NCBI GenBank assembly: GCA_905178155.1
Contig: CAJINV010000003.1
Span: 7,063,612 to 7,127,611 of the forward strand
DNA: 64,000 nucleotides
Source: Amoebophrya sp. A120
Taxonomy: Eukaryota; Protista; Dinoflagellata
Direction of reading: 5' to 3'
The notes below the pieces were generated by a model, which saw only the letters and a program-made list of their open reading frames with translations, was not told where the DNA came from and searched no databases. Position 1 is the stretch's first letter; every line of letters begins with the position of its first letter. The position numbers and the translations under genes are program-made. Positions 23,904-35,873 of the stretch are shown here, in pieces.

Positions 23904-26900
23904 TCAGAGCTGCTGCTTGCTTTTTGCGTTCTGCTGCTTAAGAACCTCAGAGATCCACTTGAAAGCGGCACTGTATCCCATCTTGTTTACCAAAGAGACC
24001 TGATCAATTATATTTTGCAAATCATATGATTATGATAGATCTTCAGAATCGCAACCATTGGCGTTAGCCAGCACCAATGCCGTGGCTCCTTCTTGTATGA
24101 ATATGCTGTAACTACATCTGGTTCAACATTTCATAATAAAAATTCCTCACAGTAATATCCATGGCGAGACAACAAGAGCTAGGGGGGATATGTTGATGGA
24201 CGTAGAGCCAGCGCCAGCATGATCATCTCATCGCATAGAGACAGCGCTTAGCGACGCATTAAAGAAAAAAAATCTCTACCATGAAAACTTCGATGGGACC
24301 ACCATTCGGACGATTCGCGCCCCCGGTTCCGCCACCCTGTTTTGCAAAGGATTTATATATTTCAGCAGAAAAATAGAAGCGTGGTATGAACGTCGCACTT
24401 ATTTTTGCGGAAAAAACTCCATGGCGAAAAGCTCGCAAAATCGAAAATCAACTACAGGTCGCGCAGCGTACGTGCCTGATGCCCACATCATGATGCACTT
24501 TGACTTTTTGTACATTTTCATTTTGCTTTTTCATCCATAATGGTACGTCTGCTCGACAAACGTGCTCACCTAAGGCATGTCTTGTCGACCACACTGTGCG
24601 AGGAGGTCTCATATCCTCGAACCGTGGAGGCTCTTTCGTTGCAAGCAGGGCGTCTAGGGACATTCCAAGATATTTATCAAATCAGTGAAGATACTGTCAC
24701 AAAGCAAAAAGTACCCCCGAATATCCCTGATATCCATAGGCCATAGGAAGCTGCAGAAAGCTCACGAGCTCTTCCGCCGAGCAGGCGGTTGGAATGTCAA
24801 TCTTGTTTCCCAGGATGGCAAAAGGTACCTGTGCAAAATTTGCGTTTGCGTTTGGTTAATCATCTTTTTCTTTATTTCATGCACAAATAGCGACACGACC
24901 TGGTAAAAGTAAAACTACAAGTCCGTCGATCTTTCGACTTTATACTACCGATGTGCTGAGTTGTTCAAGTCTGCATCAGCATAAGCTTCAGTTTCACGCT
25001 ATGGAGTTAGTAGAGGCATCGGGACGAGACTACGGACAGGCAGCAGCCGCTCCTGATGCATCGACACAGAATCTCGGTCAAGACGTTTCTTTTAGGGATT
25101 GAAAATCAATGGACACTGCTAGTCTCGGAATGCACAATGAAGTCGAACAAGAGCAAGACCACAGCATAACTTGAAAATAAAATCATACATGTCGCAGGCT
25201 CTCCGTCTCGAATAAGAACTGCAACTCAACCTTTGCCTCGTGCATGCGCGTTCGGTCAGCGGCATCTTATCCCATAGAGAAAATGAAGCACAGAGCGAGA
25301 AGATGAAAATGACTATATTGGAAGCGGCCCTGTGGCGGTTTGTCTAGTCGAGGGAATGCAGACAGCAGCTCGTGCGTCACACAAGCAGCGTATCGTGAAA
25401 CTTATGAAATGGTTAATCGATCCTCGTCAAGAACTCAAATGGAAATGTAGTAACGGGACAAGACACCATCTTTCAATTATGTTGTTGATTGTTACCACAT
25501 GCACTACCCCAGGTTCTTCACTTCCGTGGATTTTTTGACTTTGTGTGCGTCCTCAACATCTTTCTTGACATCTTGCAAGGTTTCAGAGCATCAATTCACC
25601 CACTCCCCGCCAACATTTTCTCTTGCATACGTCTACCAAGAAAATAATCGCGTCCACGTCGGCATAGTAGTCCTGTAATAAAGTTTTGTCTTCGACGCTG
25701 TTTTTGATCTTGCCGGTTCGTAGTACAAGTTCTGCTGCTGCTCCACGCGAAACATGTGTAAGTAACAAACGACCATCGAATACATATTGGTGACGTTGAT
25801 GATATTTCTACATCATAAATGCGGAATAAAATTAGTTGCTGTAATACTATACCGATGCCTACATTGCACAAAACAACGAAAAGTACGGAGCAACGAAATA
25901 AGGAGGAAGAGAGGTGCATCTTGTGGAGGGGCTTGGGACGACACTTCTGCCCTTCTCGTCCATAAATGCGAAATAAATAAAATTCGTCGAAGAAAGTAGA
26001 TCATACCTTCCATATACGCCGGGCGGCCTCGTGTCCCCCAAGATCGAACGCCCTAAACCTTCGGTTGCCGATGTAGAGTTCCTCCGCGTGCGGATGCAGT
26101 GTTGGATTGTGTGTTGTGATTCGGTCGTCGCGAAGCATGTGCAGCAACCTGTCATCAAAGAAAGAAGAGCGTCGAATGCAACAGCGATCATTTTTCTTCA
26201 AATGCGAGCACACTGCATGTTGACGCCCATGCTTTTTTCGTTTGGCTTTGGTGCCTGCGTTCTTCCCTCATGACGCTCGTCACGTAGATGAGAACCTCCG
26301 ATTGCGCATGCTCTTTGTGCTCGTATGTCTATGTCTACGTAGTAGTTTATTTTCGTAGAAACAAAAAGAAACAAAACTCGATACGTCGTCTTTCCCGCAT
26401 TGTCCAGACCCAGGAAGAGGATCTTTGAGTTTTCTGGCAGGAAGCCGAGCCATATTGTGAGGAAAAATCCCCCCTCCCCATATCGAAAACGAAATTTGTG
26501 ATGCTGTATTTGAGTACACAAATCAGATTTGTCTTCCTGGAGAGGACTGCAGACCCATATCAAGCCTGAGTAGAGAGGCTTTGACCTGAACGCTTGGCAT
26601 GAAAAGCGTCCGCGCTGTAGGCTCAACAGCATGACAAACCGCCTGTAGAATGCGGCGGAGCCTGTGGAGTTGCCTTCATGCAACACAGAGACGATTTGTG
26701 GTCGTAAATCAGCAACACAAATTTTCGAAAGCGTACCTTTTCAATATGGGGTGGGGGGATTTTTCCTTTTGATAAGCCAGCTCAGGAATTCTGAGAAACT
26801 CTCCTTCACCCAGTTTACCAAATATGGAAGTGTCAGGTTTGAAATCGTCAAAGTTGAAATAATTTGTAATGCATAAAATGCATGACCCGAGGCACGTGCG

Positions 26901-27142
26901 TTGCAGAGCAGGCAAGTGAGGCCGATTGTCAGCCTGTTTGGGGTTACAGCTCGAGCTGCTAAAGTAGCATGATAAAATCGCTCCTCTTGTTTGCCTAAAC
27001 AGCATGACAAACTGGATTTGGGGACCAGCGAAATTTGTCTTGCGCCATTTGGAAACTGGGTTCCAACTGGCACCCATTTTATGCATGGCAAACCATTTCA
27101 ACTTTGTCGATTTCACCTCTGACACATCCATACCAAAAACAT
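23904..27142 (-). CDS. SAR1: Sar1 small GTPase (COPII), 9 exons
   Basis: Spliced protein MFL|VNW...SWL|[15 protein letters not shown]|TLLHML..HNPTLHP..FDLGGH..RRIWK|DYY..FLVD|AADR..H|[11 protein letters not shown]..|..PIEVFM|[17 protein letters not shown]. Introns are 315, 327, 236, 334, 367, 360, 390 and 280 nt. Confidence 0.95.
25268..25629. mobile_element. Introner in Sar1 intron 5
   Basis: TAT...ATA ends, TSD CATCT/CGTCT (4/5), shared IR core AGAGAAAATG, GT...AT junction. Confidence 0.75.
26453..26774. mobile_element. Introner in Sar1 intron 2
   Basis: TAT...ATA ends and perfect TSD AGCCA (26448-26452, 26775-26779). ~30-bp IR at 26460-26489 and 26738-26767, each 7 nt from the end. Confidence 0.88.
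26823..27132. mobile_element. MITE/introner family copy 1 (Sar1 intron 1)
   Basis: ~55-bp imperfect TIRs TATGG...CCATA and TSD CCAAA (26818-26822, 27133-27137). Intron 27133-26819 is GT...TG. Confidence 0.92.
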
Positions 27143-29337
27143 CGTGCCTAGAAGCTCTTGGTCGCTTCAAACTCGTCGACTTCCTTTACAACTTCGCCGC
27201 GCTCGCTGGCCCGCTTCGTGCGGTGACGTGAGTCAAGTCGATCCAATATGTCAATCGCGGTGGAGAAAGCCGAAGCAGGAATCTGCGTCGTGGCGCCACC
27301 GGCCTGCTGGTGCCTACAGAAGGATAAAAGTAGGGTGTCCGCTGCTGTCGCTTCGTTTTCTTTGAAGAATTACGGGGACAACTTCTTCGTCCAGCAGTCT
27401 CGTTTTCTATCCAAACCCGACGCAGGGACGGGACACAGCAGGAGCTCTGTGGGTACCTAGTTTCTGCCTTTGCTGGAAAAAACCGAGAACGGAACCTCTT
27501 CACCTCCAGGCTGCTTTTAGCTTCCTCTCCAATCGACACGTCAAGACTGAATGGTGATGCGCGAGCGTCGTCGTGGCGGTGAGATATTACGACAGTGTCC
27601 TCCTCCTCGATGTTGATGTGGCAGTTTATTCAACGACGACGTCCATGTAGTCTGAAACCAGAAGGAGCGACCGTTGCCTATTTTTTCACGTTGCTGTAGC
27701 CGCACGCAGCTCGCCTTTGAATTCTCGCAACAGCGCAGTAGAAGAAAGCAGATGGGTAAGGCTCTAGTTGGTCGTCTTTTCACCTCTCCAACACCGTCGC
27801 CTGAAGGCCCAAGAAAATAAGCACAAATCAAATTGCAGCCCAAGTAGACAACTCGGCAGCTGTGCGTGCTGTGCTAACGGCAATGATGTCAATTTTATTG
27901 TTGATAACGGTCGCCTCGGATGAATCTCCAGCGCGCAGCGGCCTTCCACAAGCACCTATTGGCCTTGTTCTCTGTATAGGGCACGCACGAGCTCAAGCTG
28001 GTACGGTGACCAACAACAGGATGGAATAGAATACAATGCCGAAGTTGATCGCCGAGCAGACCGCAGACGATTCTTGTGGCTCCTCTGATGGAATCTACTT
28101 CACGGACTGGCAAAAATGCTACTACACGCGTACTACTTCCGGCCTCGTTCTTTTTATTTTCTGACTGTCGAAGTGAGGCAGGTACGTAAGCCTACCAAGT
28201 ATATATACGCTGTGGAAAATTTCCGCTATCCTCACTGTGCGTCATGAACATGAAGCAATCAAATGAATGGGATAATGCTTTCGCCTGCTGCAAAAGCAAA
28301 ATTAGTAGGAGTATCGAAATATTGGTGTTTCTGTTGAATCTAAAAACTCATCACGAGCCAAGAACCCGTAGAAGTTGGTCACAATAAATCGATTTTTCTA
28401 TTGGTACTGCGACTAGCTTCCACAAGATATGACTCACGGAGGCAAGGCGACGAGATCAGCACACGGCCTGAACAGGATAATGAAAGCGGGCGCAACTCTG
28501 ATTTTTACAAGATAAAATAAATATATGAGCCTCGTCTATGTCAGCAATAAAGAACAATCAATCTATGAACAAGGACAACGCCGTCCAAATAAAAGAGCCG
28601 CTCCCTCTGAAGCTATGCCTGAGGAGGTTGTCGCTGCGGGGATCAATTTAAATTTTTGCTTCGCGCATTTCTGTTTGAAGATTGATAATTGCGTCGATAC
28701 ATATAGTTTCAAAAACAGGGAGGTCACGTGCCACGATATCTTTTTTGATACAATCGCACTAAATAGAATTGGGTAGCTTTCCGCTTGAGATCTCGTCTCT
28801 CTTTCACCGCACATCTTCACGGTATTGACATCGATGAATGACTGTTCGTTGCTACTACTGCGGATGTGACATTTATTTCTGATCCAGATCGTCTTTTCAA
28901 GGGTTTCAATCTCCACCATGATATGGTATCTTTTCATGACAGAGTCTCGCTAGATCCGTTCATTGGATGACAGTGACAGTATGACGGCCTTGGCCTAGTG
29001 AGCTACAGGTGCAGGTCGGACTCGCAGGAGCACCGGAGTGCAGCTATTGAATAGGCAATAAATACGTCTTCGTTTATCGGATACGGTTGTCTTCGTCGGA
29101 CAACTAGTCGCTGCCGGAGTCGTGGTCTCTTGACATTATCATGACATCATTCCCGTTGAGAACATCGCAGCTTTTCGTGTGGCTTTCTGTGTTTCTCTTA
29201 AAGCCAGTCGCGCACCCCCGCGACCGCGGGAAATTGTACGTAGTAAAAACGACGAGCAGGACCGTTGTGACAACTCAATCCGAGAATACTACAGCTGTAG
29301 CATAAGCATGTCAAGTAAGTTCAATTGTATCGAATTA

Positions 29338-32300
29338 TTATCCGTTTTTGTCGACGCTTTCATCTGCATCGCCAGAAAAAACTGTTTCGCCACGATTCTG
29401 TTTCGCGAGTACTGGAGTCCGGCAGAGCAGGGAAAAAAACTCGCTAGTGGTTTGTACGTTCGCCGGACGAACGCCTTTCGTTTCAACCCCGTCCTTGAAA
29501 TGGGGCCCGAGAAGATACGCGGTCAAACCCGTCTTTGGATCCTGGTTATGGTCGCACACGAACGGGAAGACTAAAAAGGGGCAGTCATAAATCTTGACTC
29601 CCGGCCGCAGTCGCGGTTTACACTTGTTTCTGGTCGTCAAATTGTCGGACAATGAGGCCGAGCCCGAGGCCATCAGTGTCTCTGCACGACCATGATCTTT
29701 TTCCCGGCACTCGTCGCGTCCAGCCTCTGTGGAGACGAGAAACCTTGGATCCGTGCCGTATTCTTCGGCGTGGTCGATCATGTAGGCGGTACTCAATCCC
29801 GCGTACCGCAGGGCAGCACGAACTAAGGGTAGGCTGACAGTGTCAATGTAGCGCTGGTAATCCTCCATTGAAGAGCCGACGTATAGCATCGGAACATCGA
29901 AGGTTTTCTCCGAGTAGACGCCTGGACTTACAGCCTCGCGATTAACAGAGATAAACACCTTTTCCAGTAGATCCGTGCTGCTCAACATGGCGCGCAACTT
30001 GTGGTATACAATCCATGCTCCCGCGGCGTGATTCCTCTCTATCATTGCCTTCCTTTGGCCTGGTATGGATGTGTCAGAGTTGAAATCGACAAAGTTGAAG
30101 TAATGTGTCATGCATAGAATGGATGCCAGCCCCAGTTGGAACCCAGTTTCCAAGTGGTGCAAGACAAATTTCGGTGGTCCCTAAGTCCACTCTTTCATGC
30201 TGTTTAGGCAAAGAGGACTGATTTTCTCATGCTACTTTAGCAGCTCGAGCTCTAACCCCAGACAGGCTTCAATTCGGCTTCACTTGCCTGCTTTGCAACG
30301 CACGTGCCTCGGGTCATGCATTTTATGCATTACAAATTTTTTCAACTTTGACGATTTCAAACCTGACGCTTCCATACCTGGCGTTGCGGAGTCCCAGCAG
30401 AAGAAGTACTCGGGGCCATTTTCTTGCTGGGATGTTGCCGGGACAGCTCTGTTCTTGTGTTGCTCTTTGTGTTGACCAGCACCATGATGTCGTGTCCCGT
30501 CTCTGCGCGGCCCGCGGCCTTTTGCTTCTTTCGCTCCTGGTGGAGGTTGATGTTCCAGCGCTGGTGCGCGTTTTTTGCGCGGCCTTCGCCTGCGGGGCTG
30601 AAGTTCTGTGGCTTTGATATTAGCATTTTCAGTTTCCTCCCGGATCTGATCATCCCTTGGAGTTGTGAGACCGGGCGAAGCGCAATCAACTTCGATTGCG
30701 AGTAGAGTGCAATTAGATCGCTGCTCCCGTTCATCTTTATATTCAACGACTGGTGGAGCTGGTGCTGGTGGGGGCGGCAAATTTATGGCCGACGAACAAG
30801 AAGACACGTCATTAGCTTGCATCGTCCCGGAAGACGTTATACCGTGCTCCTGTTGAGCTTGTCCACCTAGAAGCTCGTTCCTAGCATGCAGGTTTCTTCT
30901 TGTAAGAAGTAGACGGAGGCGTTGTCTGATCAAGTCGTCTTCCTCTACCGGGTCTTCCGATCTGTCGACAACTTCGAAGTAGCTCGGGCCATCTTTTCCA
31001 CCTCGGTCCTCGCCAACTTCGACTCTCTCGCTCACCAGGATGTGAAGATTTCTTGCATCTTCACCTGCAACGGCATCGACAAGCTGCGGAGCATAATCTT
31101 CCTCCAGGGCACTCGTCGCGTCTTGCTGTCCCACTACTAGCTGCTGCAGATGCACAGAGGCAGTTGTTGAAGAATCGAAGTTGGAGCTTAAAGCTGCTGG
31201 TGGGTCGTCGCATGTCTTTTCCATCGTAGTTACTGTGGCTTCGGAGCTGCTTCGCATGCACATGGTTGTACTAGTGGATCTCGATGTCCTCTCGGATCTT
31301 TCCGGCACGCAGGACGCAGCGCGAGTAAAAGAAGTCTCCACAGACTTCTGTGACTCCAGGTCCTCGGCGCCGTAGAAGTGCGTCTGCATCTGGTGCTGGT
31401 CTGGTGATACAACCATCCGCCCCGAACTTGTAAAATTTTGTTCCGAATACGGGTGCTGGGGGTCGGACGGATCTTGCCTCGGATGAGTTTCAGGCTCTGC
31501 TTCTCGTGCTCGTGCAGCTGCTGGAACTTCCTGTTTATTTTGCAGGTCACCGGAAGTTGCCGCACTCGCGCCGAGGTTGCGGTTGGCTTCCTTGGAATTG
31601 AAATCTCTTCCGTGCTGGTTGCCGACGCCTTGTATCCAAAAAAAAGGTGTGCTAGTAGTGTACAGCTGCAGCTCGAAAGAACGACCCTGCACCACCAGGA
31701 ATGCCCTATCGCTAATAATATCAGCAATTCCAATTACACATCAGTTTGTTAGCCGGCAGAACACGACTCAGGAGATGAAGCGAGACTATTTAAAAGCCTT
31801 GCCCATTCCAACACAAGAAGGAGCACAAGAACTACACAATCAACCCACACCATACGAGTACAAGGTTCAGAGGACGAGAGGGAAGAGCTCAACACCCAGA
31901 CCACGACAGTACAGGTGGATCGAAGTACAGAAGCGCACTGCAGAGCATGCAAGACTGAGACAGTCGCCTGAAGCTTGTATGTCGTGCCAGTGTCTCCACC
32001 AGAAATAAACCAAGATTGATATATATAAAGTAAGTCTTCTTTTTCATGACAAGTGACTTCAGTCACAGGCACACGCACTAGGTAGCTTCCCTGATGCTCA
32101 TCCTTGGTTCTTGTCATGATCATGCAACGATGCTGCCAGTCGCAGTCCCAATCCACGAACGTTCTCACACCAACACACTTGTTTGCATTTTCTGCGATAC
32201 AACCTGGCTCTATTTGCTTTCGTCCTGCTTGTTTTTCGACGAATTCTTCCTTTCTCGTACTTCTTCCATCGGCAAGCGTTCGCACGCAGATTGTCGGGGT

Positions 32301-34414
32301 TTTCTTGTTGCGATACCTCCACTGAGGGGCTCGTCCAAGGGTAAAATTGTAATACAGATCTGCCATTGTCGTATTTTCGTCTGATTGGCAGAGTCGCATC
32401 AGCCAGGCAGTCCATATTGCACCACCTCGGTCCCACACCATTTCGGTTGCGTATTGTGGAGGAGGGTCGTGGACAGCCGACAGAAAAACGGCATCCAGAT
32501 GAAAAAATCCTTCACAAAGGAAAGCACGACTGTCCGACGCGGCTACAAGAACCACAGCAACCAAGAAGTAGCTGCTGGTGTATTGGTCTATCAGAACTGC
32601 CGTCGCATTAGTGAGAGTGACGTTTCTCTACTGCCTCTGTAGTCTTATTTGCAGCACTAGCACATACCAAAAAAAGCCATGCAACATTTCGTCGGTCAGT
32701 CTTTGTGGAAGTGGAGGTCTTTCTTTGCATACTGGCGATGAAGCTTGTAGTTGTACCGGATCGAGATTGTAGATGCACTCGCGGACCGACTGCGCCGCTG
32801 CAGACGGAGCAAACGAGAACGAGATGAGCGAGGACTACTGCTCGACGTCGCTTCCCCGCGGCTCGTGTCGTCTTCACCTTCTTGACACGCAGTTGTTGTA
32901 TCTTCCTCCCCTACAACAGGGCTACAACTCTGGTTGTTGTTAGTACCGTGAAGCTGAAGGCTACCTCCGTTGATGGCGGTGTAGTTCGCGCAACTTCCAC
33001 TTTTTCGGGTCAATAATGCCTCGTCCTCGTGACGGTCCTCGATATGATGGTCCACCTCCGCCGCCGCCATTTGTGACCCCAGTCTTTCCATTTCTCGTTG
33101 TTCTTCTGAAGATGTTCTACCTCTCCTCCTGCATTCTTCAATTGCAAACAAGGAGTGTTGTTGACGAGATGGTGCAGGCACTTCTACACCTGTACGCAGT
33201 CGTTTACTATTTCCTGTGCGCAGTCCTTTATCTCTGTTTTTCGGTTGCAGCACCAGAAGGCCGTCCGGCGATGCCGTCATTTCGACGACACCTGCGGCGA
33301 CATCGGGGGCTGGCGCAAAAAGGCTGCTGCGGTGCCCGCGAGGGCCCGAGTGGCGCAGGGTGTCCATACTTGACATAGGTCCCTGGCGTTTCCGAAAGGA
33401 CATGCTGACGCGGTTCTGGGTGATGTACCGGCACACAACTTCTCCGTTCTTCTCAGACACGAGTTGCCAACGCTGCCGGTCAACGAGCCCCGGAGTCAAG
33501 ATGAAAAAAGCAGTAGCACCAGCGTGCCTCTCTCATCCGTCCGTCGCGGTGCGACAATGATTATCATGCGAAATCTTGAGGTCCTCCGGAGATATCAAAG
33601 TTGCGGCCTCATCATGATGCTGCGGACCTGGGTCGACATCTTCCTGCCTGCCTACTTCGACTTCTTCGTTGACAGTGACTGAAGAGGTCGAAGAAGTAGC
33701 AGAAGCAGCAGACTGTGTTCTTGTTCGTGCTGTGCTAGTGGCGTCGCCAGTCGTAGTTGTGGAGGTACACAAACTTCTTTTCGCTGCGGACGAGGAGGGG
33801 CTAGTCCTTGTTCCCGTACTACAATGGTCTTGCTCGTCGTTCTCCTCAACCTCACATAATCCGCGCTCCCGCGGCGGCCCTTGCGGCAGCGCATTATCGA
33901 CGGTGGGAGATCGACGAGATCCTGTGTCGAGTCGTGCAGCCGTTGAATCGTCGCTAGCGGACGACGAGATCGCAGCCGATGGCTTGTTGACGGACATCGA
34001 CAACGCGCGAGGTTGTGCTTCTTGGGCAGTGCGGGTGGTCCTAGCGGTCGTGTTTTCATCGCCGGGACCGAGAGGTCCTCGTCCACTTGTTCTACTACCT
34101 CCATCGCACATCAGGCCCAGTCTTCTGCCAGCACCGCCGCCACCCGCGAGACAGGTGAAACTGGTCGACGAGGGCTTCTCGGTAATGGTGGAGCTATCAA
34201 GTGCTGGATCAACAACGTGATGAAGATGCTCTTGCTCGCCAGGAGGCGGTTGGAGGACGCTTCTGTTGTCAATGTGGAACTCCGGGGGGTGCACAAGCGG
34301 CTCAACATAGTCGGCGGCGACCCGAGTAACAGGATTTGTGTTTGGACCTCGTAGCGCATATACAGTCCTTTCTGCGGCACGCCGCGCCTCAATTTTCGTC
34401 TTGTGCCACCGCAC
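29338..34414 (-). CDS. Large hypothetical multi-exon, low-complexity protein (possibly more than one gene; may extend further 3')
   Basis: Chain of long minus-strand ORFs 33533-34414, 32696-33499, 31749-32564, 30280-31695 and 29338-30162. Only the last junction was verified. Confidence 0.55.
30064..30376. mobile_element. MITE/introner family copy 2, inverted relative to copy 1
   Basis: Reverse-complement homolog of 26823-27132 over its full length. TSD CCTGG (30059-30063, 30377-30381). Intron 30377-30060 is GT...AG and joins two ORFs in frame. Confidence 0.92.
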
Positions 34415-34699
34415 ATCAGTGACAAAAAACGCAGGAAGCTCGTCGGCAGGAAGATCCCCGTATTTTATCTCGGTCTCCTTCGAAGCAGGCGGCGCACTGC
34501 TGATGCAGTTGTAAGATCATGTGTAAAAACCTCCTCCCCACCCCATCTTCAGAGTTGTCATGCACCAGACATGCATCATCTACACGGACAGAAACATTAA
34601 ATGCAAACGCGCATCCCAACCAACATGAGAAGCATTTGTAGCTAGCGCTTTGGCATTTTTTCATTTGTAAATGCTGTAAGCAGGATAAGATCAAATAGG

Positions 34700-34746
34700 A
34701 ACCCTAAAACAAAACCCAGCAAACCCTTTAAACCCTCTAAACCCTC
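34700..34746 (+). repeat. Degenerate telomere-like (AAACCCT) cluster
   Basis: Five AACCC(T) units within 47 bp. Confidence 0.5.
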
Positions 34747-34910
34747 TCGACGTCGGGTCGGAACAGGGACTGATCAGCGGGGGAAGAAGCTGTGGACAGG
34801 ATAAGAATATGGCTCGCTTCGTAATGGGGCTCTACTTGTCCTTGCTATTTACATTTGCAGTACAATACCAGATGAAGAAAGTTGTCAAAGGTCCTGGAAG
34901 ATAGATCCCA

Positions 34911-35873
34911 TCAAAGCTCCTGCATCTTTCTCTTTGTTGCAAAATTCCCATTTTGACTCTGGGGAGGAGGTCGTGGGGACGTTTTATTTACACAGGATAA
35001 GCTGTCCATGACGTTCTTGTTCGTACCATGTTGGATGGTCCTCGTCGTGGACACATGCACCAACATAGCGCAGGGAATCTGTTCCCGAAGGGACTTAGAG
35101 AAATCCGCCTGCATCTTCGAGGGTCGTGAATCTGGTGCTGGTGGTGCGACTACAGCTACTTCATCGGGGCCTGCCGATGTAGTCGTGTGCCAGCTCCTGG
35201 TCGTCGTGGTGCAGGAGCTTGACGATGATCCTGTGGGCAACGCCGGCTCGGCACCAGGGGAGGAGCTGGAGAGATGAAGAGCAGATCCATAGGTAGGGGC
35301 ATGATGATCATCGACCACGTCGGCCTCGAAAAGAAATTTCACTGTATGCTCAGCTGCAAAGGAGCAGCTTTCGGAAAGCGAAACTAGATCTTCCATTTTC
35401 TTCTCCACCGCGGATGCTACAACAGAACTCGAGGAATACGACGGCGTCGACGAAAAAAGCTTCTTGTGAGCGGCACACTCGCACGGTTGCACGAAACCCG
35501 TATGCTTCCCACGCATGGTGGTCAGCTGCAAGCAGCACGCCGATAAAAAGGATGTCGACGGCTCCGAGGTCTTGGTACTCTCACTACAGCTGACAGATGC
35601 CGTCGCACATATGTTGCCTTCGTCCCGTGTATAGACCAGAGGGCTGCTTCTGAAGCCGCGGAGGGTAACCACTCGGCACAGTTGTGGAAAAACCTGGAGC
35701 ACCAGCTTGGCGAAGTCATCCTTCACTGGAATAGGCAGGTCATGCACAATGACATTGTGCCTCGTGGTCGTGAGGCTGCGCGGCTCTTCGGAGCCTTGTC
35801 CTTGATTCAGAGCCATTCTCGAGGACGCTGCTCCGCTTGCAATCGCCGGAGCCATAGCGCTAATGTAGTTCAA
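34911..35873 (-). CDS. Hypothetical protein
   Basis: 320-aa ORF with S/T-rich composition like neighbouring host genes. Confidence 0.55.
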   Translation of the reverse strand: MNYISAMAPAIASGAASSRMALNQGQGSEEPRSLTTTRHNVIVHDLPIPVKDDFAKLVLQVFPQLCRVVTLRGFRSSPLVYTRDEGNICATASVSCSESTKTSEPSTSFLSACCLQLTTMRGKHTGFVQPCECAAHKKLFSSTPSYSSSSVVASAVEKKMEDLVSLSESCSFAAEHTVKFLFEADVVDDHHAPTYGSALHLSSSSPGAEPALPTGSSSSSCTTTTRSWHTTTSAGPDEVAVVAPPAPDSRPSKMQADFSKSLREQIPCAMLVHVSTTRTIQHGTNKNVMDSLSCVNKTSPRPPPQSQNGNFATKRKMQEL

